Shown here: piece after piece, positions 61,155 to 64,000 of the stretch
How positions within the stretch are numbered: position 1 is the first letter of the stretch
Layout: every line of letters begins with the position of its first letter
NCBI GenBank assembly: GCA_018266765.1
Contig: JAFDZU010000045.1
Span: forward strand, 6,134 to 70,133
Source: Bacteroidota bacterium
GTDB lineage: Bacteria; Bacteroidota; Ignavibacteria; Kapaibacteriales; UBA961
Length of the DNA: 64,000 nt
Direction of reading: 5' to 3'
Program-made: the position numbers and the translations under genes
The notes under the pieces: generated by a model
Databases searched by the model: none
What the model was told of the DNA's origin: nothing
Seen by the model: only the letters and a program-made list of their open reading frames with translations

Positions 61155-62719
61155 GCGGTCTTATTTACAGGAAGTTTAACATAGAATGTTGTTCCCTCGC
61201 CTTCGGTAGAATCAAAGGAGATAGTTGCACCGTGGTCATTAACGATGCGTTTAATAATATCCAAACCCAGACCACTACCCTCACCTGAAATCTTGGTCGT
61301 GAAAAAAGGATCAAATATTTTAGATTGAATTTCTTTGGGAATTCCTTTACCGGTGTCTTTAATTTTTACGACCACAAATTCGCCCTCACTTTTTAATTCA
61401 ATTGTCAGGATACCCTTGCTATTCATTGCTTGTACAGCATTTACAATAAGGTTCGTCCAAACTTGGTTAAGTTGGTCCGGATGACCGATAATTTCCGGTA
61501 CTTCTTCATAATTTTTAATTACCTGTACGCCTTGTTTCAAACGGTTATGGTAGATGGTTAGAACAGTTTCAATATTATTACGGATATTGATCGGTTCCAC
61601 CTCGTCTTTTGCAGAATTATGAAGATATGTTTTCAATGCTTTTACGATACGGGAAGCTTTATCAACCGCGAGTTGTATGGTTTGATTATTTCTCTGCTGG
61701 TTTAAAATATTATAAGTAATCATCATTAACTTCTCAAAGTGTTCCAGCTTTGATATTCGTTCCAAAGCAGGTGTTACCTCATAAATTCCAACTTGTACTA
61801 ATCTATCGGCAATAAAGCGGGAGTTTGTTACTCCAAGTTCATCAAGCCGGGCTCGTATTCTTTTCTTTATTTCCCTTTCTTCTATCGTGGATAATGTTTG
61901 AGTGCTTGGGCTGGAAGTGGCAACAAATGCAACAAACATATCCTTGTCTTTATCACTAAGCGACTGAGTAAGCCATATAAAATCTTTTAATATTTCTTCA
62001 AATGCTTTTGATGATTCTTCTGCCGACGATTTAATTGCGCCTAATGGTGTATTTACCTCATGAGCAACTCCGGCAGATAGTTGACCGAGTACAGCAAGTT
62101 TCTCAGAGATTATGAGTTTACTATATGTTTGCTTTACAATTTCCATGTTTTCCATATTTACTGTAACGAAGTATAAAAACAAAAGGAGTATCATAGAAGT
62201 AACAGCAACTACGTTCGATATCTGAAATATCTTAGAAACATTAGCTGATACACCCATATTAAAGTTATGGACAAAATAATCGTCAAACCAAAATGAAACT
62301 CCTATAAGCGCAATGTAAACAACTAACCACAAAATACTTGATTTGAGATTTTGATATGAAATAGAAACATACAAAGCCAGAATTGACCAAAGCATGACCC
62401 CACCTGAAACTACAAATCCACCAAGAGTCCATTGCAAAATGAATGGTAAAAACATACTGATTACTGTCTGAAAATTGCTGGCAAAGGCAAAGTTTTTTGT
62501 CCGATAAAAAATGTAGAAATTAATAGAAGTAAGAACAACATATCCATAGGGTGTTATTGAAGGGAACGAGTATCCGAAAAAAACTAAAAGACTACCCCAA
62601 AGAATCCCTCCTAAACTCATACCAAGTCCTTGGTAAATCATGAACTGTTTTCTTAAGGTGATATTCTCATCATCACCGAGAATACTTCCGATGTTAGAAA
62701 TATCTTTTAATAGACTCAT
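61151..62719 (-). CDS. Sensor histidine kinase with 6-TM N-terminal sensor domain (paralogue of the downstream kinase)
   Basis: Six N-terminal TM helices, H-box SAGVAHEVNTPLGAI. Kinase core about 75% identical to the 58899-61154 product. ATGA overlap with it. Confidence 0.85.
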   Translation of the reverse strand: MSLLKDISNIGSILGDDENITLRKQFMIYQGLGMSLGGILWGSLLVFFGYSFPSITPYGYVVLTSINFYIFYRTKNFAFASNFQTVISMFLPFILQWTLGGFVVSGGVMLWSILALYVSISYQNLKSSILWLVVYIALIGVSFWFDDYFVHNFNMGVSANVSKIFQISNVVAVTSMILLLFLYFVTVNMENMEIVKQTYSKLIISEKLAVLGQLSAGVAHEVNTPLGAIKSSAEESSKAFEEILKDFIWLTQSLSDKDKDMFVAFVATSSPSTQTLSTIEEREIKKRIRARLDELGVTNSRFIADRLVQVGIYEVTPALERISKLEHFEKLMMITYNILNQQRNNQTIQLAVDKASRIVKALKTYLHNSAKDEVEPINIRNNIETVLTIYHNRLKQGVQVIKNYEEVPEIIGHPDQLNQVWTNLIVNAVQAMNSKGILTIELKSEGEFVVVKIKDTGKGIPKEIQSKIFDPFFTTKISGEGSGLGLDIIKRIVNDHGATISFDSTEGEGTTFYVKLPVNKTA

Positions 62720-63091
62720 AGAATTTTTAGAGATAAATGTGAAATCACTTATGTTAAATATAAACTAATATTTAACTTCAGCGAAACTACGGATAATATC
62801 CTAAATCACAACAAGAAAGAATTCCCCTATTGTTAATAAAATTCATTGTCCTATTCCCGACTTCGATTAATCTTCGAAAGTCGGGAATTTTTGTTTGAAC
62901 TTGGAATAGTGGTTTGAACTTAGAATAGAGTATCTATTTCTTAGAAAATCCGAAATATAGAAAGGGAATATCTGGATGAAGGTGTAGCCCAATTTGGCTT
63001 GGTAAAAACAGTGATTTTTACTACAAACTATTTATAAGAAGAGCTAAACTGTTTCTTTGCTCAGTCACCTTTATGTGCGGTTTTTGTCTTT

Positions 63092-64000
63092 TTACTTCAA
63101 AGTGTTTGTTTTCGCAATTTTATTTATCATTCCGCTAAAAATTAGTCCATGAAACGGAAGTACCGAATACCAATACAATCTACCTAATAAGCCAAGTGGT
63201 CTGAACGTTGCTGTTTGAGTAAGTTTATTGTTTTTATCAATTTTAAATTCCAACCATGCCTCACCCGGAAGTTTCATTTCGGCATAGAGGAGCAGGCGAT
63301 TTTCATTTTTGTCTGCTAATATTACACGCCAAAAATCAAGAGCGTCACCTGAAACTATTTCTGTATCACTTTTTCTTCCTCTTCGCATACCAACACCACC
63401 TAAAAGCTGATCTAAAAAGCCCCTTATTTCCCAGAGCCAATTGCCGTAATACCAACCTGTTTTACCACCGATTGTCCATATCTTTTCGAGTGATGCTTCA
63501 CTGTTTTCTACCGTAAGTGAACGAATATCTTTAAAGCATCCGTTAACAGGGACTTCAATAAATTTAGAAAAACCACCGCTGAATATAGTACTTGTTTGCG
63601 CATCCATCCAACTTGAAAGTACCTGGTTTTGTTCTATGGTATCAAAGGCAAGCTTTATGGATGTATCATAATCAATCAATTCTATACCAAGCATTGATGA
63701 TAAATTATTGGCTTTACAAATCACTTCGATTTTCATGCTATTTACTAAATTTTTTGCAAGTGCAAAGGATGTGGCAGTAACAAAATATAACCAGTAAGAA
63801 GAAATTTTTGGAGTCATAACCGGTACAATAATGATACGTCTTTTTAAGCCACGTATTTTTGCAAATCGCAAAAGCATTTCTTTATAACTGACGATATTTG
63901 GTCCACCTATATCATAACTGTTATTGTAAGTTTCTGTTTGACCAATGACACCAATTAAAAATTCTATCACATTGCGTATAGCAATTGGCTGACATTTAGT
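63092..64000 (-). CDS. DUF2867-containing SDR-like protein, 5'-truncated by the window edge
   Basis: Frame stays open from 63970 to position 64000 (..TKCQPIAIRNVIEFLIG..). The portion in the window looks like the C-terminal DUF2867 region (YWYSVLPFHGLIFSGM). Confidence 0.5.
   Translation of the reverse strand, partial: TKCQPIAIRNVIEFLIGVIGQTETYNNSYDIGGPNIVSYKEMLLRFAKIRGLKRRIIIVPVMTPKISSYWLYFVTATSFALAKNLVNSMKIEVICKANNLSSMLGIELIDYDTSIKLAFDTIEQNQVLSSWMDAQTSTIFSGGFSKFIEVPVNGCFKDIRSLTVENSEASLEKIWTIGGKTGWYYGNWLWEIRGFLDQLLGGVGMRRGRKSDTEIVSGDALDFWRVILADKNENRLLLYAEMKLPGEAWLEFKIDKNNKLTQTATFRPLGLLGRLYWYSVLPFHGLIFSGMINKIAKTNTLK

Overview
Annotation by eye of a 64-kb window, ~38% GC. The DNA looks like a chromosomal segment of an FCB-group bacterium (Bacteroidota/Ignavibacteriota-like). 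Three pointers support this: several secreted proteins end in type-IX-secretion (T9SS) C-terminal sorting domains; the phosphoglucosamine mutase starts with the Bacteroidetes-type 'SISGVRA' motif; and core genes carry Shine-Dalgarno-like AGGAG motifs (gmd, groES, groEL). Coding density is high.

Housekeeping genes recognised with high confidence: gmd and fcl (GDP-fucose synthesis) followed by a NeuD/PglD-like hexapeptide acetyltransferase; uvrA; a GlmM-like phosphohexomutase; an M28 peptidase; two TonB-dependent receptors flanking a cystathionine gamma-synthase/beta-lyase-family PLP enzyme; a CIRCE-controlled groES-groEL operon; penicillin-binding protein 1C (pbpC); a PAP2 phosphatase; and an amidase.

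Accessory content is the more interesting part:
- A 15-gene co-directional island at 41.5-50.6 kb that reads as a sulfur (possibly Se/Te) trafficking and detoxification locus. It contains a Crp/Fnr regulator, DUF2892 and TauE membrane proteins, a TehB-like methyltransferase, a CstB-like persulfide dioxygenase fused to two rhodanese domains, a multicopper oxidase, three further rhodanese domains, an OsmC-like protein, two thioredoxin domains, an EamA exporter and DUF5522.
- A four-gene translationally coupled signalling operon at 57.4-62.7 kb: two paralogous histidine kinases with different sensor domains, a CheY-like receiver, and a receiver fused to a class-III nucleotidyl cyclase.
- Eleven copies of a 21-bp tandem repeat at 54.09-54.32 kb, with the pentamer TGAGT phased every ~10.5 bp.
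- Two decaying genes: a frameshifted cytoplasmic protein with tentative, unconfirmed Cys/His motifs (one papain-like possibility), and an FG-GAP/T9SS protein carrying an in-frame TAA.
- An orphan flbD next to an outer-membrane protein and an orphan RsbW-like kinase.
- An M14-carboxypeptidase homologue that has lost its zinc ligands.

I could recognise no tRNA, rRNA, CRISPR array, transposase or integrase. All coordinates and calls come from reading the sequence and the supplied ORF track only; no database search was possible.
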